DNA of 64,000 nucleotides from NCBI RefSeq assembly GCF_058153355.1, contig NZ_CM177019.1; one strand, 5' to 3'. Shown piece by piece: positions 52,864 to 64,000 of this stretch (position 1 is its first letter; each line of letters starts with the position of its first letter). The notes under the pieces were generated by a model. It saw only the letters and a program-made list of their open reading frames with translations, ran no database searches and was not told where the DNA came from. The position numbers and the translations under genes were made by a program.

Positions 52864-53838
52864 ATGACAGACCTAATCCAACGCCCTCGTCGCCTGCGCA
52901 AATCTCCTGCGCTGCGCGCTATGTTTGAAGAGACAACACTTAGCCTTAACGACCTGGTGTTGCCGATCTTTGTTGAAGAAGAAATTGACGACTACAAAGC
53001 CGTTGAAGCCATGCCAGGCGTGATGCGCATTCCAGAAAAACATCTGGCACGCGAAATTGAACGTATCGCCAACGCCGGTATTCGTTCCGTGATGACTTTC
53101 GGCATCTCTCACCATACCGATGAAACCGGCAGCGATGCCTGGCGGGAAGATGGTCTGGTGGCGCGTATGTCGCGCATCTGCAAGCAGACCGTGCCAGAAA
53201 TGATCGTCATGTCAGACACCTGTTTCTGTGAATACACTTCTCACGGTCACTGCGGTGTGCTGTGTGAGCATGGCGTGGACAACGACGCGACCCTGGAAAA
53301 TTTAGGCAAGCAGGCCGTGGTTGCAGCTGCTGCAGGTGCAGACTTCATCGCCCCTTCCGCCGCAATGGATGGCCAGGTACAAGCGATTCGCCAGGCGCTG
53401 GACGCTGCGGGCTTTAAAGATACGGCGATCATGTCGTATTCGACCAAGTTCGCCTCTTCCTTTTATGGTCCGTTCCGTGAAGCTGCCGGAAGCGCATTAA
53501 AAGGCGACCGCAAAAGCTATCAGATGAACCCAATGAACCGTCGTGAGGCGATTCGTGAGTCACTGCTGGATGAAGCCCAGGGCGCGGACTGTCTGATGGT
53601 TAAACCAGCTGGAGCGTACCTCGACATCGTGCGTGAGCTGCGTGAGCGTACTGAATTGCCGATTGGTGCGTATCAGGTGAGCGGTGAGTACGCGATGATT
53701 AAGTTCGCTGCGCTGGCGGGTGCTATAGATGAAGAGAAAGTGGTGCTCGAAAGTTTAGGTTCGATTAAGCGTGCGGGTGCGGATCTGATTTTCAGCTACT
53801 TTGCGCTGGATTTGGCTGAGAAGAAGATTCTGCGTTAA
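52864..53838 (+). CDS. hemB: Porphobilinogen synthase (delta-aminolevulinic acid dehydratase)
   Basis: ORF track 52831..53838; start refined to [24 protein letters not shown]; 324 aa. Confidence 0.95.
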
Positions 53839-53877
53839 TGATCATTATGCCGGGTTATCCAACCCGGCATTTCCCCC

Positions 53878-54729
53878 TTACCCCGCCCGATAAAACGGTT
53901 TATCCCCAAGGATCGTCGCCCGATGCATAATCCGCCGCTGTGGCAGGTAATCCGCATTGGCATAGTGCTGAGTCACGCGGTTATCCCAAATCGCGATATC
54001 ATTTGGCTGCCAGCGCCAACGTACCTGAAACTCCGGTTTGGTGATATGGGCAAACAAAAAACCTAACAAGGCTTCGCTCTCTTTCTCGCTGACATCAACA
54101 ATTCGCGTAGTAAAGCCTTCATTCACAAACAGCGCCTGTTTACCGCTCACCGGATGCGTTCGCACCACCGGATGTAGCAACGGCGGATTTTTCGCGACCG
54201 CCTCGCGCCAGCGTTGATGCTCCTCCTCCGTTTTGCGGTATTTGTATTCCGGGAACGATTTACGGAAATCATGCTCCGCACGCAGCCCGCTCAACAGCTG
54301 GCGGAAGGGAACAGAGAGCGCCTCATAGGCCGCAATGCCGCTGGTCCAGAGCGTATCGCCGCCAGTCGAGGGTAACTCTTTCGCCGCCAGAATCGCCCCT
54401 GCGGGTGGCGTTTCAATAAATGTCACATCGGTGTGCCAGTTATCGTTATCCGGCGGATTATCGTTATGAGTATCCAGTACGATGATCTCCTCAACCCCTT
54501 CGGCATGAGGGTAAACAGGATGAATATGCAGTTCGCCAAAACGCTGGGCCAGCGCGCGTTGCTGCTGCGGTGTAATGGCTTGTTCACGCACAAATACCAC
54601 CTGATGGCGCAGTACCGCATGGTAAAGCTGTTCAAACTGATTATCGCTTAACGGACGCGTCAGGTCGGCACCCGAAATTTGTGCACCGATATACGGCCCC
54701 AGCGGGGTAATGCTCAGACGTTCACTCAT
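53878..54729 (-). CDS. tauD: Taurine dioxygenase (alpha-ketoglutarate dependent)
   Basis: 283-aa ORF ([46 protein letters not shown]...); HxD motif (WHTDVTF). Confidence 0.95.
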   Translation of the reverse strand: MSERLSITPLGPYIGAQISGADLTRPLSDNQFEQLYHAVLRHQVVFVREQAITPQQQRALAQRFGELHIHPVYPHAEGVEEIIVLDTHNDNPPDNDNWHTDVTFIETPPAGAILAAKELPSTGGDTLWTSGIAAYEALSVPFRQLLSGLRAEHDFRKSFPEYKYRKTEEEHQRWREAVAKNPPLLHPVVRTHPVSGKQALFVNEGFTTRIVDVSEKESEALLGFLFAHITKPEFQVRWRWQPNDIAIWDNRVTQHYANADYLPQRRIMHRATILGDKPFYRAG

Positions 54730-55553
54730 TGTACTTCTCCATGCCAGGGCGTCAGGCGGCGCTGTAACGCGCGCAGACCCAGTTCTAAAAGAAAGGCGAT
54801 AATCGCAATCACCGCGATCCCCGCCAGCACCACGTCAGTCGCGAGAAATTCACCCGCTGACTGGACCATAAAACCCAAACCGCGCGTCGCGGCAATCAAC
54901 TCCGCCGCCACCAGGGTAGACCAGCCCACACCCAGACCAATGCGTAATCCGGTGAGGATTTCCGGCAGCGCACCGGGCAAAATAACAAACCACAGTACCT
55001 GTGTGCGGCTGGCCCCCAGCGACTGAGCGGCACGAATGCGAACCTGCTGCGCGCTTTTCACCCCCGCCAGCGCCGACATCGCCACCGGCGCAAAAATCGC
55101 TAAATAGATCAGTAAGATCTTCGAGGTTTCGCCAATACCAAACCAGATCACCATCAGCGGCAAATAAGCCAGCGGCGGCACCGGACGATAAAGCTCGATT
55201 ATCGGATCCAGAATGCCGCGCACCGTCGGGCTTAGCCCCATGGCGATCCCGACCGGAATACCGATCAACACCGCCGCGAGTAGCGCCAGCACAATGCGCG
55301 TCAGGCTGGCTGCCAGATGTTGCCACAGGGTGGCGTCCATAAATCCTTGAGGTCCGGCAATAGTGAGCAGTTTTGCCATTACCTGTTGCGGCGGCGGCAG
55401 AAACAGCGGGCTAATCAGTTGCAGCGCCGCCACCGCCCACCATACCGTGAGTAAAACCGCTAACGTGCCAATGCTTAAGGTCACCTGACGCGAGAGCGGC
55501 CAGCGCCATTTCAGCCGATGCGAATGCAGTTTTTCATTAATGAGCACACTCAT
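54726..55553 (-). CDS. tauC: Taurine ABC transporter permease
   Basis: 275-aa membrane ORF; overlaps tauD and tauB by 4 bp. Confidence 0.9.
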   Translation of the reverse strand: MSVLINEKLHSHRLKWRWPLSRQVTLSIGTLAVLLTVWWAVAALQLISPLFLPPPQQVMAKLLTIAGPQGFMDATLWQHLAASLTRIVLALLAAVLIGIPVGIAMGLSPTVRGILDPIIELYRPVPPLAYLPLMVIWFGIGETSKILLIYLAIFAPVAMSALAGVKSAQQVRIRAAQSLGASRTQVLWFVILPGALPEILTGLRIGLGVGWSTLVAAELIAATRGLGFMVQSAGEFLATDVVLAGIAVIAIIAFLLELGLRALQRRLTPWHGEVQ

Positions 55554-56317
55554 GAGAACGCCTCCCGTTGCTCAAATACGCGGCTTAAAACATATTCGCG
55601 CATGGCGATGAATTGTGGATCGGACTTGATGCTGCGGCTCGGTTCCCCGGCAACAAAGCGGCGGGCGAAGTTGAGCGGCAGGCGTTCCAGCACGCGGCCT
55701 GGGCCGGGTGAAAGCAGAACCAGTTCAGTCGCCATAAACACCGCTTCTTCTATATCGTGGGTAATCAACAGCACCTGCTTGCCCGTCTCCTGCCAGAGTT
55801 TCAGCAGCAGGGTTTGCATCTGGTCGCGGGTGAAGGCGTCCAGCGCGCCAAACGGTTCGTCGAGTAATAACAGCTGGGGATTTGCCGCCAGCGCGCGGGC
55901 AATCCCTACCCGCTGACGTTGACCGCCGGAAAGCTGCCAGATATAGCGTTTTTCTGCGCCTTCTAGCCCCACTTTTTTCAGCATCTGGTGCGCGATTTCC
56001 AGGCGCTGTACTTTCTCTACACCTGCCAGTTGCAGGCCGAATGCCACGTTGTCTACCACATTACGCCACGGCAACAGCCCTTCATTCTGAAAAACCACGC
56101 CCCGCTCTGCGCCCGGTCCCTCAATGCACTTACCCGCCAGTTGAATGCTGCCATGCTGATAAGGCACAAAACCGGCAATCAGATTCAGCAAGGTGGTTTT
56201 GCCGCAGCCAGACGGTCCCAGAACCACCAGAAGCTCGCCGCTTTCCAGCGTCAGGTTGATATCTTCCAACGCCGGTTTGCCGCCATAATCGGCGTAAAGA
56301 TGAGAGATTTGCAGCAT
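55550..56317 (-). CDS. tauB: Taurine ABC transporter ATP-binding protein
   Basis: 255-aa ORF with Walker A (GPSGCGKTT), ABC signature (LSGGQRQR) and Walker B (LLLLDEPF). Confidence 0.95.
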   Translation of the reverse strand: MLQISHLYADYGGKPALEDINLTLESGELLVVLGPSGCGKTTLLNLIAGFVPYQHGSIQLAGKCIEGPGAERGVVFQNEGLLPWRNVVDNVAFGLQLAGVEKVQRLEIAHQMLKKVGLEGAEKRYIWQLSGGQRQRVGIARALAANPQLLLLDEPFGALDAFTRDQMQTLLLKLWQETGKQVLLITHDIEEAVFMATELVLLSPGPGRVLERLPLNFARRFVAGEPSRSIKSDPQFIAMREYVLSRVFEQREAFS

Positions 56318-56329
56318 CTGCGCCTCCTT

Positions 56330-57292
56330 TTATTGCACGAAGCGCGAGGTCACGTACTGGCTGTAATCATTCGCCACGGCAGGGACTTTGCCCTGATCTT
56401 TCAAAAACTGCGCGGTATCGATGATCGCTTTGTTCACCGGTCCGGTCAGTTCTGCCGTTTGCTGCTGCGGTGTCAGATAGGTATTCCCCTTCACAAGCCC
56501 CGGAACGTCACCTTCCGGCACACCGCTTAAACGCGCCAGTTTGCTGATGTTTTCCGGCTGTTTCAGCCACGCGTCTGGGTTAGCAATGTACGGTTGCTGA
56601 GCATCGATGGCGCTTTTAGCGAACGCTTTCACGACTTCAGGATGTTTCTCGGCAAAATCTTTCCGCACGACCCAGACGTCCAGTGTCGGCGCGCCCCACT
56701 GCCCGACCTGTTCAGAATCGGTCAGCACCTTGCCATCTTTTTCCAGGGCGTTAACCGCCGGTGCCCAGACATAAGCACCATCAATGTCTCCCCGCTGCCA
56801 GGCGGCGATAATCGCAGGCGGCTGCAGGTTCACAATCTCCACTTGCCCGGGTTTAATGCCCCAGTGTTTCAGCGCCGCCAGCAAGCTGTAATGCGTGGTG
56901 GAGATAAACGGTACGGCAATGCGTTTGCCAATCAGATCTTCGGGTTTGCTGATGGTTTTCTTCACCACCAGCGCTTCGGAGTTACCCAGTTTTGACGCCA
57001 GCAAGAAGACTTCAATCGGCACCTGTTGGCTGGCTGCAACCGCTAATGGGCTGGAACCGAGGTTGCCGATTTGCACGTCGCCAGAAGCCAGTGCCCGCAC
57101 GATGCTGGCCCCGCTGTCAAACTTACGCCAGTCCACGGTCGCCCCGCTCTCTTTAGCAAAGGTGTTATCGGCCTGAGCCACTTTCGCCGGTTCAGCGGAG
57201 GTTTGATAGGCCACGGTGACGTTCACCGCCTGTGCCTGAAAAGCGATGAATGCCAGTGCGGCAAGAAGTGTGTTACGCGATGAAATTGCCAT
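56330..57292 (-). CDS. tauA: Taurine ABC transporter periplasmic binding protein
   Basis: 320-aa ORF with signal peptide (MAISSRNTLLAALAFIAFQAQA). Confidence 0.95.
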   Translation of the reverse strand: MAISSRNTLLAALAFIAFQAQAVNVTVAYQTSAEPAKVAQADNTFAKESGATVDWRKFDSGASIVRALASGDVQIGNLGSSPLAVAASQQVPIEVFLLASKLGNSEALVVKKTISKPEDLIGKRIAVPFISTTHYSLLAALKHWGIKPGQVEIVNLQPPAIIAAWQRGDIDGAYVWAPAVNALEKDGKVLTDSEQVGQWGAPTLDVWVVRKDFAEKHPEVVKAFAKSAIDAQQPYIANPDAWLKQPENISKLARLSGVPEGDVPGLVKGNTYLTPQQQTAELTGPVNKAIIDTAQFLKDQGKVPAVANDYSQYVTSRFVQ

Positions 57293-57520
57293 GATTGTCT
57301 GCTCCCCTGTCTTGTTATAGGAGCAGTATTTCGTTGCTGGTCAGTTTGATAAAGGAATTAAAACGTCTTGTTAAGAACAAAGCGTTTTTAGAAAAAAACT
57401 GGCAATGGTTAGCGAATATGCGCATTTTGCTATTTTTAACAAACATCGCCTGGTGCAGCGCTCACGCCTCTTATCATGCATACAAATACTGGGGCCGGAT
57501 AAATTTTATGCTCCAATGCT

Positions 57521-57573
57521 ATATACTATAGGGGGGTATGCATTGACATATAGCATACCCCCCTATAGTATAT
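57521..57573. promoter_or_regulatory. Candidate FrmR operator: perfect 21-bp inverted repeat with G6/C6 tracts flanking a TTGACA-containing spacer
   Basis: ATATACTATAGGGGGGTATGC - ATTGACATATA - GCATACCCCCCTATAGTATAT; sits about 25 bp upstream of the frmR start; G-tract flanked by AT-rich arms is typical of RcnR/FrmR-family operators. Confidence 0.65.
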
Positions 57574-57597
57574 TGCGTGCAGATGATGAGGTGCGAA

Positions 57598-57873
57598 ATG
57601 CCCAGTACTCCGGAAGAGAAGAAAAAGGTCCTTACTCGAGTTCGTCGTATTCGGGGGCAAATTGATGCTCTGGAACGGTCGCTGGAGGGTGATGCCGAAT
57701 GCCGTGCCATACTGCAACAGATCGCTGCCGTTCGGGGCGCGGCTAACGGGCTGATGGCAGAAGTGCTTGAAAGCCATATCCGGGAAACGTTTGACCGAAA
57801 TGACTGCTACAGCCGCGAAGTCAGCCAATCCGTTGACGACACTATTGAACTGGTTCGTGCCTATCTTAAATAG
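57598..57873 (+). CDS. frmR: Formaldehyde-responsive transcriptional repressor FrmR
   Basis: ORF track 57577..57873; start refined to [31 protein letters not shown]...; 91 aa, CsoR/RcnR family. Confidence 0.9.
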
Positions 57874-57877
57874 CTGA

Positions 57878-59017
<1,140 letters not shown>

Positions 59018-59110
59018 TTTCCCGCTGATTTTGCCTCGTCCAGTTCAGACGAGGTTCGTAATACCGTCCCCGGGCAGCCGTCCGGGGAATTAACCATGAG
59101 ATAATGGCTG

Positions 59111-59944
59111 ATGGAACTCATTGAAAAACATGCTAGCTTTGGCGGCTGGCAGAATGTATATCGGCATTATTCCCAATCACTTAATTGTGAAATGAATGTC
59201 GGGGTCTATCTCCCACCTAAAGCCGCAAGTGAAAAATTGCCAGTGCTGTACTGGCTTTCGGGCCTGACCTGTAACGAGCAGAATTTCATTACTAAATCGG
59301 GGATGCAACGTTACGCGGCTGAGCACAACATTATTGTTGTTGCGCCAGACACCAGTCCGCGAGGCAGTCATGTCGCAGATGCCGACCGTTACGATCTCGG
59401 GCAAGGTGCCGGGTTTTACCTGAACGCGACGCAAGCGCCGTGGAATGAACATTACAAAATGTATGACTATATCCGCAGCGAGCTGCCGGATTTAGTGATG
59501 CAACATTTTCCGGCAACGACCAGAAAGTCTATCTCAGGTCATTCTATGGGCGGGCTGGGCGCGCTGGTGCTGGCGTTACGTAACCCAGATGAATATGTCA
59601 GCGTCTCGGCGTTTTCGCCCATTGTCTCCCCATCGCAAGTACCGTGGGGACAGCAAGCCTTTGCCGCATATCTTGGTGAAAATAAAGATGCCTGGTTGGA
59701 TTACGATCCGGTGAGCCTTATTTCACAAGGTCAACGCGTTGCGGAAATCATGGTTGATCAGGGATTGAGTGATGATTTTTACGCAGAACAGCTGCGGACT
59801 CAAAATCTTGAAAAGATCTGCCAGGAGATGAATATCAAAACGTTAATCCGTTATCACGAGGGTTATGATCACAGCTATTATTTTGTCTCCAGTTTTATTG
59901 GCGAGCATATTGCCTACCACGCCAATAAACTGAATATGCGTTGA
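59111..59944 (+). CDS. frmB: S-formylglutathione hydrolase
   Basis: 277-aa ORF; esterase D family with GHSMGG serine motif. Confidence 0.95.
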   Translation: MELIEKHASFGGWQNVYRHYSQSLNCEMNVGVYLPPKAASEKLPVLYWLSGLTCNEQNFITKSGMQRYAAEHNIIVVAPDTSPRGSHVADADRYDLGQGAGFYLNATQAPWNEHYKMYDYIRSELPDLVMQHFPATTRKSISGHSMGGLGALVLALRNPDEYVSVSAFSPIVSPSQVPWGQQAFAAYLGENKDAWLDYDPVSLISQGQRVAEIMVDQGLSDDFYAEQLRTQNLEKICQEMNIKTLIRYHEGYDHSYYFVSSFIGEHIAYHANKLNMR

Positions 59945-59959
59945 GCATCCGCGCACGCC

Positions 59960-60163
59960 AGCCGGATGCGGCGTGAACGCCTTATCCGCCTACATTTCGC
60001 CCATAAACCGTAGGCATGATAAGACGCGCATAGCGTCGCATCAGGCATCTGCGCACAACTGCCGGATGCGGCGTGAACGCCTTATCCGGCCTACATTTCG
60101 CCCATGAGCCGTAGGCATGATAAGACGCGCAAAGCATCGCATCAGGCATCTGCGCACGACTTA
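59960..60163. repeat. Tandem REP/BIME units (2 copies of about 102 bp)
   Basis: GCCGGATGCGGCGTGAACGCCTTATCCG...CATCAGGCATCTGCGCAC unit repeated twice with a few mismatches. Confidence 0.8.
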
Positions 60164-60170
60164 TCTATGT

Positions 60171-60710
60171 TTACCACATCAAATCATCAGGCACTTTAAA
60201 GTCGGCATACGGATCGTCTTCATCCTGCTCTTCGGCGCTGAGCGCGCTGTGCAACACAATACTGCTGGCGTCACGCTGAGCAATTTTATCGGCAACGCTG
60301 GCGGGAATAATGGCGTATTCACCTTCGCTATTGTTATCGATCTGCAAACGTGCAATCGCCAGACGACCATTAATCAACTGCGTTTGTGTGAGCTTATCGA
60401 CAAAAATCTTCTTAATCAGATTGCCATCGGTAAAGTTAAAACCGATATCGCCATTGGCAATGGTGATCCGGTTCATTTCAATGAGCTGCTTCACCTGGGC
60501 TTTATATTCTTTCGCCAACGCCGCTTGTTTTTGCTGCTCGCTAAGCTGTTTATCACGCTCAAGCTGTGCCTTTTTATTTTCTTCTACCGCCGCCCGAGCT
60601 TCACGCGCCTGAACGCGCGATTTTTTCGCCGTTCTCTCGACCTTCGCCGCTTTTTTGCTGGTGACTAATCCTGCTTTGAGCAACTGCTCTTGTAAGGTAA
60701 GTTTTGCCAT
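60171..60710 (-). CDS. yaiL: DUF2058-family protein YaiL
   Basis: ORF track 60171..60722; start refined to MAKLTLQEQLLKAGLVTSKKAAKVERTAKK...; 179 aa, Lys/Gln-rich. Confidence 0.8.
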   Translation of the reverse strand: MAKLTLQEQLLKAGLVTSKKAAKVERTAKKSRVQAREARAAVEENKKAQLERDKQLSEQQKQAALAKEYKAQVKQLIEMNRITIANGDIGFNFTDGNLIKKIFVDKLTQTQLINGRLAIARLQIDNNSEGEYAIIPASVADKIAQRDASSIVLHSALSAEEQDEDDPYADFKVPDDLMW

Positions 60711-60811
60711 CTTTGTTTCCAAACCCGCTGAATAATTTTTAGCGAGTATACCTGTAAACGCCGTAGGTGTATTGGGGGCAAGTCCCTTTCGCCCCTACCT
60801 AATAAGGCGCG

Positions 60812-62023
60812 TCAGGCATCGGCGCACGGCTGCATTCGTGATCTCCGGCTCATCAAAATAAACACTGCCAGGCCAGCAACAAAAATACCCGGCGCTGAAG
60901 CGGCCATTACGCCAACCGTGCCAGTACCTAATGCCAGCATTTTCCCGGCCAGTAACGGACCGCTCATAGCCCCCAGACGCCCTACCGCCACGGCGGTTCC
61001 CACGCCGGTTGCGCGGATCTGCGAACTGTAAAACAACGGAGCCAATGCATACAAAACGCTTTGCCCACCTGTTGCAAACAACCCTGCGACGAATCCCGCC
61101 AGCAACATACCGTTAAATGATGACACCGTTCCCAGCGCTAACAGCGAAGCTAACATACCGCTATAAATCAGTAGCGACATGATCATTGGACGCAGTTTAT
61201 CCATCAAGGCGCCCAATATTAACGTCCCGCTTGCCGCCCCCATTTGTAGTGCAAACATCACCCCTGCCGCCTGCGATGGCTGGAATCCTTGTTCCACTAA
61301 AAGCAGCGGTAGCCAGTTGATCAACATGTAGACCACCAGCAAAGTGAAGAAATAACACAACCACAGCAGCAGCGTTGCGGTTGCCGTGTTGGGCGCAAAT
61401 AACGCACGCAGCGGCGGCGCAGCCTGTTTTTCGCCAGCGAACACCGCCGACTCCGGCAGCCAGCGCATTAACAGTGGCACCAGAATCAACGGCACCACAC
61501 CACCTACCCAAAACACCGTTTGCCAGGCTAAGTTTGCCCCTGCAAAACCCAGTGTCGCCGCCAGCGCCGCGCCAATGGGAACCCCGCAATACATCAGGCT
61601 CACCGCCGTTCCACGAAAACGTGGCCCCGCCGCTTCAGACGTCAGGGCGATAAGATTCGGCAACGCCGCCCCCAGCCCGACACCGGTCATCAGCCGCGCA
61701 AAGACCAGTGAGGGGAAATCCCAGGCAATAGCCGTTGCCAGCGAGAACAAACCAAACAGCGCAACTGAACCAATCAAAATGCGTTTACGACCATAACGGT
61801 CCGCCAGCATTCCGCCAACCAGCGCGCCGGGTAGCAAACCGAGTATTCCGGCACTGAATATCCAGCCCATTTGCATTTTATCGAGTGCAAAAGCCTGGGC
61901 GATGCCACCCGCCGCAATGCCAGCCGCCTGAAGATCCAGTCCTTCCATCAGAGCGACCAAAAAACAAAGCCCGACGGTCAGCATCAGGCGGGATGAAGAT
62001 GATGAAGGGGTACGAGTCGACAT
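60812..62023 (-). CDS. mhpT: 3-(3-hydroxyphenyl)propionate MFS transporter
   Basis: ORF track 60812..62092; start refined to MSTRTPSSSSSRLMLTVGLCFLVALMEGLD...; 403 aa. Confidence 0.9.
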   Translation of the reverse strand: MSTRTPSSSSSRLMLTVGLCFLVALMEGLDLQAAGIAAGGIAQAFALDKMQMGWIFSAGILGLLPGALVGGMLADRYGRKRILIGSVALFGLFSLATAIAWDFPSLVFARLMTGVGLGAALPNLIALTSEAAGPRFRGTAVSLMYCGVPIGAALAATLGFAGANLAWQTVFWVGGVVPLILVPLLMRWLPESAVFAGEKQAAPPLRALFAPNTATATLLLWLCYFFTLLVVYMLINWLPLLLVEQGFQPSQAAGVMFALQMGAASGTLILGALMDKLRPMIMSLLIYSGMLASLLALGTVSSFNGMLLAGFVAGLFATGGQSVLYALAPLFYSSQIRATGVGTAVAVGRLGAMSGPLLAGKMLALGTGTVGVMAASAPGIFVAGLAVFILMSRRSRMQPCADA

Positions 62024-62115
62024 AAGATGAACCTCGTTGCGAATGCAGGTGAATCGCGGCTGATACATTGCCAGCCGCGTAATCAAAACCATTTAATGAC
62101 TGCCTACGGACGAAA

Positions 62116-62400
<285 letters not shown>

Positions 62401-62432
62401 GGATGGGTATACAAAATGCACGTTGTCAGCAG

Positions 62433-63452
62433 TCAACATGATTTGTTGTTGCACAGATCCAGCGCCACGTCGACGATCATATCCTCCTGGCCGCCGACCA
62501 TCCGGCGTTTACCCAGCTCAACGAGAATATCCACCGCGCTTAAACCATAACGCGCCGCCGCCGTTTCACAGTGACGCAAAAAGCTTGAGTAAACACCAGC
62601 GTATCCCAGCGCCAGCGTTTCGCGGTCGACACGTACCGGACGATCCTGCAACGGACGCACCAGGTCGTCAGCGGCATCCATTAACGCATAGAGATCGGTC
62701 CCATGCTGCCAGCCCAGTTTATCCGCGGCGGCAATAAACACTTCCAGCGGTGCGTTACCTGCACCCGCGCCCATCCCCGCGAGGCTAGCGTCGATGCGGT
62801 CACAGCCCTCTTCCACCGCCGCGATAGAGTTCGCCACACCAAGACTCAGGTTATGGTGAGCATGCATGCCAGTTTGCGTTTCCGGTTTGAGCACCGCTTT
62901 CAGGGCGCGGAAACGGTCACGGATATCGCTCATGTTCATCGCACCGCCAGAATCCACCACATAAATACAGGTCGCACCGTAGCCTTCCATCAGCTTTGCC
63001 TGTTTTGCGAGATTCTCTGGCGTGGTCATGTGGCTCATCATCAGAAAGCCAACGGTATCCATTCCGAGTTCGCGGGCATACTGAATATGCTGAGCGGAAA
63101 CATCAGCTTCGGTGCAGTGCGTAGCCACACGAACCACCCGCGCGCCAGCCTGCCAGGCATTTTTCAAATCGTGAATAGTGCCAATTCCTGGCAGCAATAA
63201 CGTCGCGATTTTGGCGTGCTTTACCACATCCGCCGCTGCTTCAATCCATTCAAGGTCGCTATGCGCACCGAAACCATAGTTAAAGCTGGAACCCTGCAAA
63301 CCATCGCCATGGGCCACTTCAATCGAATCCACGCGGGCATCATCCAGTGCTTTGGCAATCTGGCGGACATTTTCAAGTGAATACTGATGACGAATGGCGT
63401 GCATACCGTCACGCAACGTGACGTCCGAGATATAAAGTTTTTTACCGTTCAT
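62433..63452 (-). CDS. mhpE: 4-hydroxy-2-oxovalerate aldolase
   Basis: 339-aa ORF ([52 protein letters not shown]...). Confidence 0.95.
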   Translation of the reverse strand: MNGKKLYISDVTLRDGMHAIRHQYSLENVRQIAKALDDARVDSIEVAHGDGLQGSSFNYGFGAHSDLEWIEAAADVVKHAKIATLLLPGIGTIHDLKNAWQAGARVVRVATHCTEADVSAQHIQYARELGMDTVGFLMMSHMTTPENLAKQAKLMEGYGATCIYVVDSGGAMNMSDIRDRFRALKAVLKPETQTGMHAHHNLSLGVANSIAAVEEGCDRIDASLAGMGAGAGNAPLEVFIAAADKLGWQHGTDLYALMDAADDLVRPLQDRPVRVDRETLALGYAGVYSSFLRHCETAAARYGLSAVDILVELGKRRMVGGQEDMIVDVALDLCNNKSC

Positions 63453-64000
63453 GCCGCTTCTCCTGCCTTGCGCGCCAGTGACTGAGCCATTTTTTCCGCT
63501 GTCGCCAGCGCACTGGAAGTCATAATGTCGAGGTTGCCCGCATAGGCAGGCAGATAATGCGCTGCGCCTTCGACTTCCAGCCAGACCGCCGTTTTCAGCC
63601 CGGAGAACTGCCCCACGCCCGGCAAATTAACCGGTTTATCCTGCGGGATGACTTCAAACTGCACGCGCTGTTTCAGGCGATATCCCGGTACGTAAGCCTG
63701 CACCGCCTCAGCCATTTCATTAATTGAGGCTTCGATATCATCTTGTGAAGCTTCATCGCTCAATACATACACCGTGTCGCGCATCATCAACGGCGGCTCT
63801 GCCGGATTAAGCACAATAATCGCCTTCCCTTTTGCCGCGCCGCCTACGACTTCAATGGCTCGCGAGGTGGTTTCCGTAAATTCATCGATATTGGCACGCG
63901 TGCCAGGGCCAGCAGATTTACTGGCGATAGAAGCGATGATTTCGGCGTAATGAACACGCGCCACGCGTGAAACCGCCGCTACCATCGGAATGGTGGCCTG
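63449..64000 (-). CDS. mhpF: Acetaldehyde dehydrogenase (acetylating), 5' end beyond window
   Basis: Frame open to the window end; translation (...[50 protein letters not shown]...) matches MhpF C-terminal half; 4-bp overlap with mhpE. Confidence 0.9.
   Translation of the reverse strand, partial: QATIPMVAAVSRVARVHYAEIIASIASKSAGPGTRANIDEFTETTSRAIEVVGGAAKGKAIIVLNPAEPPLMMRDTVYVLSDEASQDDIEASINEMAEAVQAYVPGYRLKQRVQFEVIPQDKPVNLPGVGQFSGLKTAVWLEVEGAAHYLPAYAGNLDIMTSSALATAEKMAQSLARKAGEAA

Overview
This window reads as Escherichia coli chromosome, running from yajO (5' partial) to mhpF (partial) with gene order matching, in reverse orientation, the K-12 interval yajO-pgpA-thiL-nusB-ribH-ribD-nrdR ... 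phoBR-sbcDC-araJ-mak-rdgC ... phoA-ddlA ... tauABCD-frmRAB-yaiL-mhpT-mhpE-mhpF. Gene identities come from reading the supplied translations against remembered E. coli proteins; no database search was run, and all K-12 comparisons are from memory. The PhoA translation is near-identical but not identical to the K-12 sequence I recall, so this is probably a non-K-12 E. coli strain. Against that core backbone, three accessory insertions stand out, none with an integrase, transposase or tRNA nearby: (1) a visibly AT-rich 511-aa pentapeptide-repeat protein between yajO and pgpA; (2) a visibly AT-rich 481-aa protein between acpH and malZ with a Lys/Glu-rich linker and a C-terminal Cys motif resembling a papain/OTU-type protease; (3) a translationally coupled two-gene module between rdgC and ppnP, encoding a 762-aa signal-peptide protein and a 151-aa partner, both unrecognised. 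The two-gene module is the best candidate for an undescribed system. Other notable points: ppnP has an in-frame TAA that removes the last 13 codons; yaiT is an intact 962-aa autotransporter; tauA and frmR are only about 300 bp apart; a perfect 21-bp inverted repeat lies upstream of frmR; and there are tandem REP/BIME arrays. No rRNA, tRNA, CRISPR array or IS element was seen.
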